Shown in pieces: positions 28,283-43,700 of a stretch of 64,000 bases of DNA. Position numbers and translations under genes: made by a program. A model generated the notes under the pieces. It had not been told where the DNA came from, did no database searches, and saw nothing but the letters and a program-made list of their open reading frames with translations. The stretch spans positions 4,960,001-5,024,000 of the forward strand of contig OZ059897.1 of NCBI GenBank assembly GCA_964057225.1, read 5' to 3'. This DNA comes from Auanema rhodensis (lineage: Eukaryota > Animalia > Nematoda). Within the stretch, counting starts at the first letter, position 1. Each line of letters opens with the position of its first letter.

Positions 28283-30394
28283 CTAATATGGACATGGGGA
28301 ATCTAATTGTGAAAACCGCATCTCTTTATCTTTCACGTGAAGCGAGTTACATACCAAGTGCACATCACGTGTACATTTAATTAACATAAATTAAAGTTCA
28401 CGTAAATTTCAAACTCATGGTTACTATGCACCAATATCAATAAAAATTTGTTTTTAGACTAATATGGACATGGGGAATCTAATTTTGAAAACCACATCTC
28501 TTTATCTTTCACGTGAAGTGGGTTACATACCAAGTGCACATCACGTGTACATTTAATTAGCATAAATTAAAGTTCACGTAAATTTCAAAGTCATGGTTAC
28601 CATGCACCAATATCAATAACAATTTGTTTTTAGACTAATATGGACATGGGGAATCTAATTTTAAAAACCGCATCTCTTTATCTTTCACGTGAAGCAAGTT
28701 ACATACCAAGTGCACAGCACGTGTACATTTAATTAGCATAAATTAAAGTTCACGTAAATTTCAAAGTCATGGTTACCATGCACCAATATCAATAAAAATT
28801 TGTTTTTAGACTAATATGGACATGGGGAATCTAATTTTGAAAACCGCATCTCTTTATCTTTCACGTGAAGTGGGTTACATACCAAGTGCACATCACGTGT
28901 ACATTTAATTAGCATAAATTAAAGTTCACGTAAATTTCAAAGTCATGGTTACCATGCACCAATATCAATAAAAATTTGTTTTTAGACTAATATGGACATG
29001 GGGAATCTAATATTGAAAACCGGATCTCTTTATCTTTCACGTGAAGCAAGTTACATCCCAAGTGCACATCACGTGTACATTTAATTAGCATAAATTAAAG
29101 TTCACGTAAATTTCAAAGTCATGGTTACCATGCACCAATATCAATAAAAATTTGTTTTTAGACTAATATGGATATGGGGAATCTAATTTTGAAAACCGAA
29201 TCTCTTTATCTTTCACGTGAAGCGAGTTACATACCAAGTGCACATCACGTGTACATTTAATCAGCATAAATTAAAGTTCACGTAAATTTCAAACTCATGG
29301 TTACCATGCACCAATATCAATAAAAATTTGTTTTTAGACTAATATGGACATGGGGAATCTAATTGTGAAAACCGCATCTCTTTATCTTTCACGTGAAGCG
29401 AGTTACATACCAAGTGCACATCACGTGTACATTTAATTAACATAAATTAAAATTCACGTAAATTTCAAACTCATGGTTACTATGCACCAATATCAATAAA
29501 AATTTGTTTTCAGACTAATATGGACATGGGGAATCTAATTTTGAAAACCACATCTCTTTATCTTTCACGTGAAGTGGGTTACATACCAAGTGCACATCAC
29601 GTGTACATTTAATTAGCATAAATTAAAGTTCACGTAAATTTCAAAGTCATGGTTACCATGCACCAATATCAATAACAATTTGTTTTTAGACTAATATGGA
29701 CATGGGGAATCTAATTTTAAAAACCGCATCTCTTTATCTTTCACGTGAAGCAAGTTACATACCAAGTGCACAGCACGTGTACATTTAATTAGCATAAATT
29801 AAAGTTCACGTAAATTTCAAAGTCATGGTTACCATGCACCAATATCAATAAAAATTTGTTTTTAGACTAATATGGACATGGGGAATCTAATTTTGAAAAC
29901 CGCATCTCTTTATCTTTCACGTGAAGTGGGTTACATACCAAGTGCACATCACGTGTACATTTAATTAGCATAAATTAAAGTTCACGTAAATTTCAAAGTC
30001 ATGGTTACCATGCACCAATATCTATAAAAATTTGTTTTTAGACTAATATGGACATGGGGAATCTAATATTGAAAACCGGATCTCTTTATCTTTCACGTGA
30101 AGCAAGTTACATCCCAAGTGCACATCACGTGTACATTTAATTAGCATAAATTAAAGTTCACGTAAATTTCAAAGTCATGGTTACCATGCACCAATATCAA
30201 TAAAAATTTGTTTTTAGACTAATATGGATATGGGGAATCTAATTTTGAAAACCGAATCTCTTTATCTTTCACGTGAAGCGAGTTACATACCAAGTGCACA
30301 TCACGTGTACATTTAATCAGCATAAATTAAAGTTCACGTAAATTTCAAACTCATGGTTACCATGCACCAATATCAATAAAAATTTGTTTTTAGA
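28283..30394. repeat. 6-monomer (1056-bp) higher-order repeat, two tandem copies
   Basis: [ttgtga+tactatg][accac+tggg+aataac][ttttaaaa+cagc][tggg][tattg+accgga+catccc][gatatg+accgaa] starts at 28283 and 29339. Confidence 0.85.
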
Positions 30395-33300
30395 CTAATA
30401 TGGACATGGGGAATCTAATTGTGAAAACCGCATCTCTTTATCTTTCACGTGAAGCGAGTTACATACCAAGTGCACATCACGTGTACATTTAATTAACATA
30501 AATTAAAGTTCACGTAAATTTCAAACTCATGGTTACCATGCACCAATATCAATAAAAATTTGTTTTTAGACTAATATGGACATGGGGAATCTAATTTTGA
30601 AAACCACATCTCTTTATCTTTCACGTGAAGTGGGTTACATACCAAGTGCACATCACGTGTACATTTAATTAGCATAAATTAAAGTTCACGTAAATTTCAA
30701 AGTCATGGTTACCATGAACCAATATCAATAAAAATTTGTTTTTAGACTAATATGGACATGGGGAATTTAATTTTAAAAACCGCATCTCTTTATCTTTCAC
30801 GTGAAGCAAGTTACATACCAAGTGCACAGCACGTGTACATTTAATTAGCATAAATTAAAGTTCACGTAAATTTCAAAGTCATGGTTACCATGCACCAATA
30901 TCAATAAAAATTTGTTTTTAGACTAATATGGACATGGGGAATCTAATTTTGAAAACCGCATCTCTTTATCTTTCACGTGAAGTGGGTTACATACCAAGTG
31001 CACATCACGTGTACATTTAATTAGCATAAATTAAAGTTAACGTAAATTTCAAAGTCATGGTTACCATGCACCAATATCAATAAAAATTTGTTTTTAGACT
31101 AATATGGACATGGGGAATCTAATTTTGAAAACCGCATCTCTTTATCTTTCACGTGAAGCGAGTTACATACCAAGTGCACATCACGTGTACATTTAATCAG
31201 CATAAATTAAAGTTCACGTAAATTTCAAACTCATGGTTACCATGCACCAATATCAATAAAAATTTGTTTTTAGACTAATATGGACATGGGGAATCTAATT
31301 TTGAAAACCGCATCTCTTTATCTTTCACGTGAAGTGAGTTACATACCAAGTGCACAGCACGTGTACATTTAATTAGCATAAATTAAAGTTCACGTAAATT
31401 TCAAAGTCATGGTTACCATGCACCAATATCAATAAAAATTTGTTTTTAGACTAATATGGACATGGGGAATCTAATTTTGAAAACCGCATCTCTTTATCTT
31501 TCACGTGAAGCAAGTTACATACCAAGTGCACATCACGTGTACATTTAATTAGCATAAATTAAAGTTCACGTAAATTTCAAAGTCATGGTTACCATGCACC
31601 AATATCAATAAAAATTTGTTTTTAGACTAATATGGACATGGGGAATCTAATTTTGAAAACCGCATCTCTTTATCTTTCACGTGAAGTGGGTTACATACCA
31701 AGTGCACATCACGTGTACATTTAATTAGCATAAATTAAAGTTAACGTAAATTTCAAAGTCATGGTTACCATGCACCAATATCAATAAAAATTTGTTTTTA
31801 GACTAATATGGACATGGGGAATCTAATTGTGAAAACCGCATCTCTTTATCTTTCACGTGAAGCGAGTTACATACCAAGTGCACATCACGTGTACATTTAA
31901 TTAACATAAATTAAAATTCACGTAAATTTCAAACTCATGGTTACTATGCACCAATATCAATAAAAATTTGTTTTCAGACTAATATGGACATGGGGAATCT
32001 AATTTTGAAAACCACATCTCTTTATCTTTCACGTGAAGTGGGTTACATACCAAGTGCACATCACGTGTACATTTAATTAGCATAAATTAAAGTTCACGTA
32101 AATTTCAAAGTCATGGTTACCATGCACCAATATCAATAACAATTTGTTTTTAGACTAATATGGACATGGGGAATCTAATTTTAAAAACCGCATCTCTTTA
32201 TCTTTCACGTGAAGCAAGTTACATACCAAGTGCACAGCACGTGTACATTTAATTAGCATAAATTAAAGTTCACGTAAATTTCAAAGTCATGGTTACCATG
32301 CACCAATATCAATAAAAATTTGTTTTTAGACTAATATGGACATGGGGAATCTAATTTTGAAAACCGCATCTCTTTATCTTTCACGTGAAGTGGGTTACAT
32401 ACCAAGTGCACATCACGTGTACATTTAATTAGCATAAATTAAAGTTCACGTAAATTTCAAAGTCATGGTTACCATGCACCAATATCTATAAAAATTTGTT
32501 TTTAGACTAATATGGACATGGGGAATCTAATATTGAAAACCGGATCTCTTTATCTTTCACGTGAAGCAAGTTACATCCCAAGTGCACATCACGTGTACAT
32601 TTAATTAGCATAAATTAAAGTTCACGTAAATTTCAAAGTCATGGTTACCATGCACCAATATCAATAAAAATTTGTTTTTAGACTAATATGGATATGGGGA
32701 ATCTAATTTTGAAAACCGAATCTCTTTATCTTTCACGTGAAGCGAGTTACATACCAAGTGCACATCACGTGTACATTTAATCAGCATAAATTAAAGTTCA
32801 CGTAAATTTCAAACTCATGGTTACCATGCACCAATATCAATAAAAATTTGTTTTTAGACTAATATGGACATGGGGAATCTAATTTTGAAAACCACATCTC
32901 TTTATCTTTCACGTGAAGTGGGTTACATACCAAGTGCACATCACGTGTACATTTAATTAGCATAAATTAAAGTTCACGTAAATTTCAAAGTCATGGTTAC
33001 CATGAACCAATATCAATAAAAATTTGTTTTTAGACTAATATGGACATGGGGAATTTAATTTTAAAAACCGCATCTCTTTATCTTTCACGTGAAGCAAGTT
33101 ACATACCAAGTGCACAGCACGTGTACATTTAATTAGCATAAATTAAAGTTCACGTAAATTTCAAAGTCATGGTTACCATGCACCAATATCAATAAAAATT
33201 TGTTTTTAGACTAATATGGACATGGGGAATCTAATTTTGAAAACCGCATCTCTTTATCTTTCACGTGAAGTGAGTTACATACCAAGTGCACAGCACGTGT

Positions 33301-35674
33301 ACATTTAATTAGCATAAATTAAAGTTCACGTAAATTTCAAAGTCATGGTTACCATGCACCAATATCAATAAAAATTTGTTTTTAGACTAATATGGACATG
33401 GGGAATCTAATTTTGAAAACCGCATCTCTTTATCTTTCACGTGAAGCAAGTTACATACCAAGTGCACATCACGTGTACATTTAATTAGCATAAATTAAAG
33501 TTCACGTAAATTTCAAAGTCATGGTTACCATGCACCAATATCAATAAAAATTTGTTTTTAGACTAATATGGACATGGGGAATCTAATTTTGAAAACCGCA
33601 TCTCTTTATCTTTCACGTGAAGTGGGTTACATACCAAGTGCACATCACGTGTACATTTAATTAGCATAAATTAAAGTTAACGTAAATTTCAAAGTCATGG
33701 TTACCATGCACCAATATCAATAAAAATTTGTTTTTAGACTAATATGGACATGGGGAATCTAATTTTGAAAACCGCATCTCTTTATCTTTCACGTGAAGCG
33801 AGTTACATACCAAGTGCACATCACGTGTACATTTAATCAGCATAAATTAAAGTTCACGTAAATTTCAAACTCATGGTTACCATGCACCAATATCAATAAA
33901 AATTTGTTTTTAGACTAATATGGACATGGGGAATCTAATTTTGAAAACCGCATCTCTTTATCTTTCACGTGAAGTGAGTTACATACCAAGTGCACAGCAC
34001 GTGTACATTTAATTAGCATAAATTAAAGTTCACGTAAATTTCAAAGTCATGGTTACCATGCACCAATATCAATAAAAATTTGTTTTTAGACTAATATGGA
34101 CATGGGAAATCTAATTTTGAAAACCGCATCTCTTTATCTTTCACGTGAAGCAAGTTACACTCCAAGTGCACAGCACGTGTTCATTTAATTAGCATAAATT
34201 AAAGTTCACGTAAATTTCAAAGTCATGGTTACCATGCACCAATATCAATAAAAATTTGTTTTTAGACTAATATGGACATGAGGAATCTAATTTTGAAAAC
34301 CGCATCTCTTTATCTTTCACGTGAAGCGAGTTACATACCAAGTGCACAGCACGTGTACATTTAATTAGCATAAATTAAAGTTCACGTAAATTTCAAAGTC
34401 ATGGTTACCATGCACCAATATCAATAAAAATTTGTTTTTAGACTAATATGGACATGGGGAATCTAATTTTGAAAACCGCATCTCTTTATCTTTCACGTGA
34501 AGCGAGTTAAATACCAAGTGCACAGCACGTGTACATTTAATTAGCATAAATTAAAGTTCACGTAAATTTCAAAGTCATGGTTACCATGCACCAATATCAA
34601 TAAAAATTTGTTTTTAGACTAATATGGACATGGGGAATCTAATTTTGAAAACCGCATCTCTTTATCTTTCACGTGAAGCGAGTTACATACCAAGTGCACA
34701 TCACGGGTACATTTAATTAGCATAAATTAAAGTTCACGTAAATTTCAAAGTCATGGTTACCATGCACCAATATCAATAAAAATTTGTTTTTAGACTAATA
34801 TGGACATGGGGAATCTAATTTTGAAAACCGCATCTCTTTATCTTTCACGTGAAGCGAGTTACATACCAAGTGCACATCACGTGTACATTTAATTAGCATA
34901 AATTAAAGTTCACGTAAATTTCAAAGTCATGGTTACCATGCACCAATATCAATAAAAATTTGTTTTTAGACTAATATGGACATGGGGAATCTAATTTTGA
35001 AAACCGCATCTCTTTATCTTTCACGTGAAGTGGGTTACATACCAAGTGCACATCACGTGTACATTTAATTAGCATAAATTAAAGTTAACGTAAATTTCAA
35101 AGTCATGGTTACCATGCACCAATATCAATAAAAATTTGTTTTTAGACTAATATGGACATGGGGAATCTAATTTTGAAAACCGCATCTCTTTATCTTTCAC
35201 GTGAAGCGAGTTACATACCAAGTGCACATCACGTGTACATTTAATCAGCATAAATTAAAGTTCACGTAAATTTCAAACTCATGGTTACCATTCACCAATA
35301 TCAATAAAAATTTGTTTTTAGACTAATATGGACATGGGGAATCTAATTTTGAAAACCGCATCTCTTTATCTTTCACGTGAAGTGAGTTACATACCAAGTG
35401 CACAGCACGTGTACATTTAATTAGCATAAATTAAAGTTCACGTAAATTTCAAAGTCATGGTTACCATGCACCAATATCAATAAAAATTTGTTTTTAGACT
35501 AATATGGACATGGGGAATCTAATTTTGAAAACCGCATCTCTTTATCTTTCACGTGAAGCAAGTTACATACCAAGTGCACATCACGTGTACATTTAATTAG
35601 CATAAATTAAAGTTCACGTAAATTTCAAAGTCATGGTTACCATGCACCAATATCAATAAAAATTTGTTTTTAGA

Positions 35675-37786
35675 CTAATATGGACATGGGGAATCTAATT
35701 TTGAAAACCGCATCTCTTTATCTTTCACGTGAAGTGGGTTACATACCAAGTGCACATCACGTGTACATTTAATTAGCATAAATTAAAGTTAACGTAAATT
35801 TCAAAGTCATGGTTACCATGCACCAATATCAATAAAAATTTGTTTTTAGACTAATATGGACATGGGGAATCTAATTTTGAAAACCGCATCTCTTTATCTT
35901 TCACGTGAAGCGAGTTACATACCAAGTGCACATCACGTGTACATTTAATCAGCATAAATTAAAGTTCACGTAAATTTCAAACTCATGGTTACCATGCACC
36001 AATATCAATAAAAATTTGTTTTTAGACTAATATGGACATGGGGAATCTAATTTTGAAAACCGCATCTCTTTATCTTTCACGTGAAGTGAGTTACATACCA
36101 AGTGCACAGCACGTGTACATTTAATTAGCATAAATTAAAGTTCACGTAAATTTCAAAGTCATGGTTACCATGCACCAATATCAATAAAAATTTGTTTTTA
36201 GACTAATATGGACATGGGGAATCTAATTTTGAAAACCGCATCTCTTTATCTTTCACGTGAAGCAAGTTACACTCCAAGTGCACAGCACGTGTTCATTTAA
36301 TTAGCATAAATTAAAGTTCACGTAAATTTCAAAGTCATGGTTACCATGCACCAATATCAATAAAAATTTGTTTTTAGACTAATATGGACATGAGGAATCT
36401 AATTTTGAAAACCGCATCTCTTTATCTTTCACGTGAAGCGAGTTACATACCAAGTGCACAGCACGTGTACATTTAATTAGCATAAATTAAAGTTCACGTA
36501 AATTTCAAAGTCATGGTTACCATGCACCAATATCAATAAAAATTTGTTTTTAGACTAATATGGACATGGGGAATCTAATTTTGAAAACCGCATCTCTTTA
36601 TCTTTCACGTGAAGCGAGTTACATACCAAGTGCACAGCACGTGTACATTTAATTAGCATAAATTAAAGTTCACGTAAATTTCAAAGTCATGGTTACCATG
36701 CACCAATATCAATAAAAATTTGTTTTTAGACTAATATGGACATGGGGAATCTAATTTTGAAAACCGCATCTCTTTATCTTTCACGTGAAGTGGGTTACAT
36801 ACCAAGTGCACATCACGTGTACATTTAATTAGCATAAATTAAAGTTAACGTAAATTTCAAAGTCATGGTTACCATGCACCAATATCAATAAAAATTTGTT
36901 TTTAGACTAATATGGACATGGGGAATCTAATTTTGAAAACCGCATCTCTTTATCTTTCACGTGAAGCGAGTTACATACCAAGTGCACATCACGTGTACAT
37001 TTAATCAGCATAAATTAAAGTTCACGTAAATTTCAAACTCATGGTTACCATGCACCAATATCAATAAAAATTTGTTTTTAGACTAATATGGACATGGGGA
37101 ATCTAATTTTGAAAACCGCATCTCTTTATCTTTCACGTGAAGTGAGTTACATACCAAGTGCACAGCACGTGTACATTTAATTAGCATAAATTAAAGTTCA
37201 CGTAAATTTCAAAGTCATGGTTACCATGCACCAATATCAATAAAAATTTGTTTTTAGACTAATATGGACATGGGGAATCTAATTTTGAAAACCGCATCTC
37301 TTTATCTTTCACGTGAAGCAAGTTACACTCCAAGTGCACAGCACGTGTTCATTTAATTAGCATAAATTAAAGTTCACGTAAATTTCAAAGTCATGGTTAC
37401 CATGCACCAATATCAATAAAAATTTGTTTTTAGACTAATATGGACATGAGGAATCTAATTTTGAAAACCGCATCTCTTTATCTTTCACGTGAAGCGAGTT
37501 ACATACCAAGTGCACAGCACGTGTACATTTAATTAGCATAAATTAAAGTTCACGTAAATTTCAAAGTCATGGTTACCATGCACCAATATCAATAAAAATT
37601 TGTTTTTAGACTAATATGGACATGGGGAATCTAATTTTGAAAACCGCATCTCTTTATCTTTCACGTGAAGCGAGTTACATACCAAGTGCACAGCACGTGT
37701 ACATTTAATTAGCATAAATTAAAGTTCACGTAAATTTCAAAGTCATGGTTACCATGCACCAATATCAATAAAAATTTGTTTTTAGA
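35675..37786. repeat. 6-monomer (1056-bp) tandem duplication
   Basis: [tggg+ttaacg][tcagc][tgag+cagc][acactcc+gttcat][gagg][cagc] starts at 35675 and 36731. Confidence 0.85.
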
Positions 37787-40700
37787 CTAATATGGACATG
37801 GGGAATCTAATTTTGAAAACCGCATCTCTTTATCTTTCACGTGAAGCGAGTTACATACCAAGTGCACATCACGGGTACATTTAATTAGCATAAATTAAAG
37901 TTCACGTAAATTTCAAAGTCATGGTTACCATGCACCAATATCAATAAAAATTTGTTTTTAGACTAATATGGACATGGGGAATCTAATTTTGAAAACCGCA
38001 TCTCTTTATCTTTCACGTGAAGCGAGTTACATACCAAGTGCACATCACGTGTACATTTAATTAGCATAAATTAAAGTTCACGTAAATTTCAAAGTCATGG
38101 TTACCATGCACCAATATCAATAAAAATTTGTTTTTAGACTAATATGGACATGGGGAATCTAATTTTGAAAACCGCATCTCTTTATCTTTCACGTGAAGCA
38201 AGTTACATACCAAGTGCACATCACGTGTACATTTGATTAGCATAAATTAAAGTTCACGTAAATTTCAAAGTCATGGTTACCATGCACCAATATCAATAAA
38301 AATTCGTTTTTAGACTAATATGGACATGGGGAATCTAATTTTGAAAACCGCATCTCTTTATCTTTCACGTGAAGCGAGTTACATACCAAGTGCACATCAC
38401 GTGTACATTTAATTAGCATAAATTAAAGTTCACGTAAATTTCAAAGTCATGGTTACCATGCACCAATATCAATAAAAATTTGTTTTTAGACTAATATGGA
38501 CATGGGGAATCTAATTTTGAAAACCGCATCTCTTTATCTTTCACGTGAAGCGAGTTACATACCAAGTGCACATCACGTGTACATTTAATTAGCATAAATT
38601 AAAGTTCACGTAAATTTCAAAGTCATGGTTACCATGCACCAATATCAATAAAAATTTGTTTTTAGACTAATATGGACATGGGGAAACTAATTTTGAAAAC
38701 CGCATCTCTTTATCTTTCACGTGAAGCAAGTCACATACCAAGTGCACATCACGTGCACATTTAATTAGCATAAATTAAAGTTCACGTAAATTTCAAACTC
38801 ATGGTTACCATGCACCAATATCAATAAAAATTTGTTTTTAGACTAATATGGACATGGGAAATCTAATTTTGAAAACCGCATCTCTTTATCTTTCACGTGA
38901 AGCGAGTTACATACCAAGTGCACATCACGTGCACATTTAATTAGCATAAATTAAAGTTCACGTAAATTTCAAAGTCATGGTTACCATGCACCAATATCAA
39001 TAAAAATTTGTTTTTAGACTAATATGGACATGAGGAATCTAATTTTGAAAACCGCATCTCTTTATCTTTCACGTGAAGCGAGTTACATACCAAGTGCACA
39101 TCACGTGTACATTTAATTAGCATAAATTAAAGTTCACGTAAATTTCAAACTCATGGTTACCATGCACCAATATCAATAAAAATTTGTTTTTAGACTAATA
39201 TGGACATGGGGAATCTAATTTTGAAAACCGCATCTCTTTATCTTTCACGTGAAGTGAGTTACATACCAAGTGCACAGCACGTGTACATTTAATTAGCATA
39301 AATTAAAGTTCACGTAAATTTCAAAGTCATGGTTACCATGCACCAATATCAATAAAAATTTGTTTTTAGACTAATATGGACATGGGGAATCTAATTTTGA
39401 AAACCGCATCTCTTTATCTTTCACGTGAAGCGAGTTACATACCAAGTGCACATCACGTGTACATTTAATTAGCATAAATTAAAGTTCACGTAAATTTCAA
39501 AGTCATGGTTACCATGCACCAATATCAATAAAAATTTGTTTTTAGACTAACATGGACATGGGGAAACTAATTTTGAAAACCGCATCTCTTTATCTTTCAC
39601 GTGAAGCAAGTCACATACCAAGTGCACATCACGTGCACATTTAATTAGCATAAATTAAAGTTCACGTAAATTTCAAACTCATGGTTACCATGCACCAATA
39701 TCAATAAAAATTTGTTTTTAGACTAATATGGACATGGGAAATCTAATTTTGAAAACCGCATCTCTTTATCTTTCACGTGAAGCGAGTTACATACCAAGTG
39801 CACATCACGTGTACATTTAATTAGCATAAATTAAAGTTCACGTAAATTTCAAACTCATGGTTACCATGCACCAATATCAATAAAAATTTGTTTTTAGACT
39901 AATATGGACATGGGGAATCTAATTTTGAAAACCGCATCTCTTTATCTTTCACGTGAAGTGAGTTACATACCAAGTGCACAGCACGTGTACATTTAATTAG
40001 CATAAATTAAAGTTCACGTAAATTTCAAAGTCATGGTTACCATGCACCAATATCAATAAAAATTTGTTTTTAGACTAATATGGACATGGGGAATCTAATT
40101 TCAAAAACCGCATCTCTTTATCTTTCACGTGAAGCGAGTTACATACCAAGTGCACATCACGTGTACATTTAATTAGCATAAATTAAAGTTCACGTAAATT
40201 TCAAAGTCATGGTTACCATGCACCAATATCAATAAAAATTTGTTTTTAGACTAATATGGACATGGGGAATCTAATTTTGAAAACCGCATCTCTTTATCTT
40301 TCACGTGAAGTGAGTTACATACCAAGTGTACATCACGTGCACATTTAATTAGCATAAATTAAAGTTCACGTAAATTTCAAAGTCATGGTTACCATGCACC
40401 AATATCAATAAAAATTTGTTTTTAGACTAATATGGACATGGGGAATCTAATATTGAAATTCGCATCTCTTTATCTTTCACGTGAAGCAAGTTACATACCA
40501 AGTGCACATCACGTGTACATTTAATTAGCATAAATTAAAGTTCACGTAAATTTCAAAGTCATGGTTACCATGCACCAATATCAATAAAAATTTGTTTTTA
40601 GACTAATATGCACATGGGGAATCTAATTTTAAAAACCGCATCTCTTTATCTTTCACGTGAAGTGAGTTACATACCAAGTGCACAGCACGTGTACATTTAA

Positions 40701-43700
40701 TTAGCATAAATTAAAGTTCACGTAAATTTCAAAGTCATGGTTACCATGCACTAATATCAATAAAAATTTGTTTTTAGACTAATATGGACATGGGGAATCT
40801 AATTTTGAAAACCGCATCTCTTTATCTTTTACGTGAAGCAAGTTACGAACCAAGTGCACATCACGTGTACATTTAATTAGCATAAATTAAGGTTCACGTA
40901 AATTTCAAAGTCATGGTTACCATGCACCAATATCAATAAAAATTTGTTTTTAGACTAATATGGACATGGGGAATCTAATTTTGAAAACCGCATCTCTTTA
41001 TCTTTCACGTGAAGCGAGTTACATACCAAGTGCACATCACGTGTACATTTAATTAGCATAAATTAAAGTTCACGTAAATTTCAAAGTCATGGTTACCATG
41101 CACCAATATCAATAAAAATTTGTTTTTAGACTAATATGCACATGGGGAATCTAATTTTAAAAACCGCATCTCTTTATCTTTCACGTGAAGTAAGTTACAT
41201 ACCAAGTGTACAGCACGTGTACATTTAATTCGCATAAATTAAAGTTCACGTAAATTTCAAAGTCATGGTTACCATGCACTAATATCAATAAAAAAAATTT
41301 GTTTTTAGACTAATATGGACATGGGGAATCTAATTTTGAAAACCGCATCTCTTTATCTTTCACGTGAAGCAAGTTACATACCAAGTGCACATCACGTGCA
41401 CATTTAATTAGCATAAATTAAAGTTCACGTAAATTTCAAAGTCATGGTTACCATGCACCAATATCAATAAAAATTTGTTTTAGACTAATATGGACATGGG
41501 GAATCTAATTTTGAAAACCGCATCTCTTTATCTTTCACGTGAAGTGAGTTACATACCAAGTGCACATCACGTGTACATTTAATTAGCATAAATTAAAGTT
41601 CACGTAAATTTCAAAGTCATGGTTACCATGCACCAATAACAATAAAAATTTGTTTTTAGACTAATATGGACATGGGGAATCTAATTTTGAAAACCGCATC
41701 TCTTTATCTTTAACGTGAAGCGAGTTACATACCAAGTGCACATCACGTGTACATTTAATTAGCATAAATTAAAGTTCACGTAAATTTCAAAGTCATGGTT
41801 ACCATGCACCAATATCAATAAAAATTTGTTTTTAGACTAATATGGACATGGGGAATCTAATTTTGAAAACCGCATCTCTTTATCTTTCACGTGAAGCGAG
41901 TTACATACCAAGCGCACATCACGTGTACATTTAATTAGCATAAATTAAAGTTCACGTAAATTTCAAAGTCATGGTTACCATGCACCAATATCAATAAAAA
42001 TTTGTTTTTAGACTAATATGCACATGGGGAATCTAATTTCAAAAACCGCATCTCTTTATCTTTCACGTGAAGTGAGTTACATACCAAGTGCACAGCACGT
42101 GTACATTTAATTAGCATAAATTAAAGTTCACGTAAATTTCAAAGTCATGGTTACCATGCACCAATATCAATAAAAATTTGTTTTTAGACTAATATGCACA
42201 TGGGGAATCTAATTTTAAAAACCGCATCTCTTTATCTTTCACGTGAAGTGAGTTACATACCAAGTGCACAGCACGTGTACATTTAATTAGCATAAATTAA
42301 AGTTCACGTAAATTTCAAAGTCATGGTTACCATGCACTAATATCAATAAAAATTTGTTTTTAGACTAATATGGACATGGGGAATCTAATTTTGAAAACCG
42401 CATCTCTTTATCTTTCACGTGAAGCAAGTTACATACCAAGTGCATATCACGTGCACATTTAATTAGCATAAATTAAAGTTCACGTAAATTTCAAACTCAT
42501 GGTTACCATGCACCAATATCAATAAAAATTTGTTTTTAGACTAATATGGACATGGGGAATCTAATTTTGAAAACCGCATCTCTTTATCTTTCACGTGAAG
42601 TGAGTTACATACCAAGTGCACATCACGTGTACATTTAATTAGCATAAATTAAAGTTCACGTAAATTTCAAAGTCATGGTTACCATGCACTAATATCAATA
42701 AAAAAAATTTGTTTTTAGACTAATATGGACATGGGGAATCTAATTTTGAAAACCGCATCTCTTTATCTTTCACGTGAAGTGAGTTACATACCAAGTGCAT
42801 ATCACGTGCACATTTAATTAGCATAAATTAAAGTTCACGTAAATTTCAAACTCATGGTTACCATGCACCAATATCAATAAAAATTTGTTTTTAGACTAAT
42901 ATGCACATGGGGAATCTAATTTTAAAAACCGCATCTCTTTATCTTTCACGTGAAGTGAGTTACATACCAAGTGTACAGCACGTGTACATTTAATTAGCAT
43001 AAATTAAAGTTCACGTAAATTTCAAAGTCATGGTTACCATGCACTAATATCAATAAAAAAAATTTGTTTTTAGACTAATATGGACATGGGGAATCTAATT
43101 TTGAAAACCGCATCTCTTTATCTTTCACGTGAAGCAAGTTACATACCAAGTGCACATCACGTGCACATTTAATTTGCATAAATTAAAGTTCACGTAAATT
43201 TCAAAGTCATGGTTACCATGCACCAATATCAATAAAAATTTGTTTTTAGACTAATATGGACATGGGGAATCTAATTTTGAAAACCGCATCTCTTTATCTT
43301 TCACGTGAAGTGAGTTACATACCAAGTGCACATCACGTGTACATTTAATTAGCATAAATTAAAGTTCACGTAAATTTCAAAGTCATGGTTACCATGCACC
43401 AATAACAATAAAAATTTGTTTTTAGACTAATATGGACATGGGGAATCTAATTTTGAAAACCGCATCTCTTTATCTTTCACGTGAAGCGAGTTACATACCA
43501 AGTGCACATCACGTGTACATTTAATTAGCATAAATTAAAGTTCACGTAAATTTCAAAGTCATGGTTACCATGCACCAATATCAATAAAAATTTGTTTTTA
43601 GACTAATATGGACATGGGGAATCTAATTTTGAAAACCGCATCTCTTTATCTTTCACGTGAAGCGAGTTACATACCAAGCGCACATCACGTGTACATTTAA

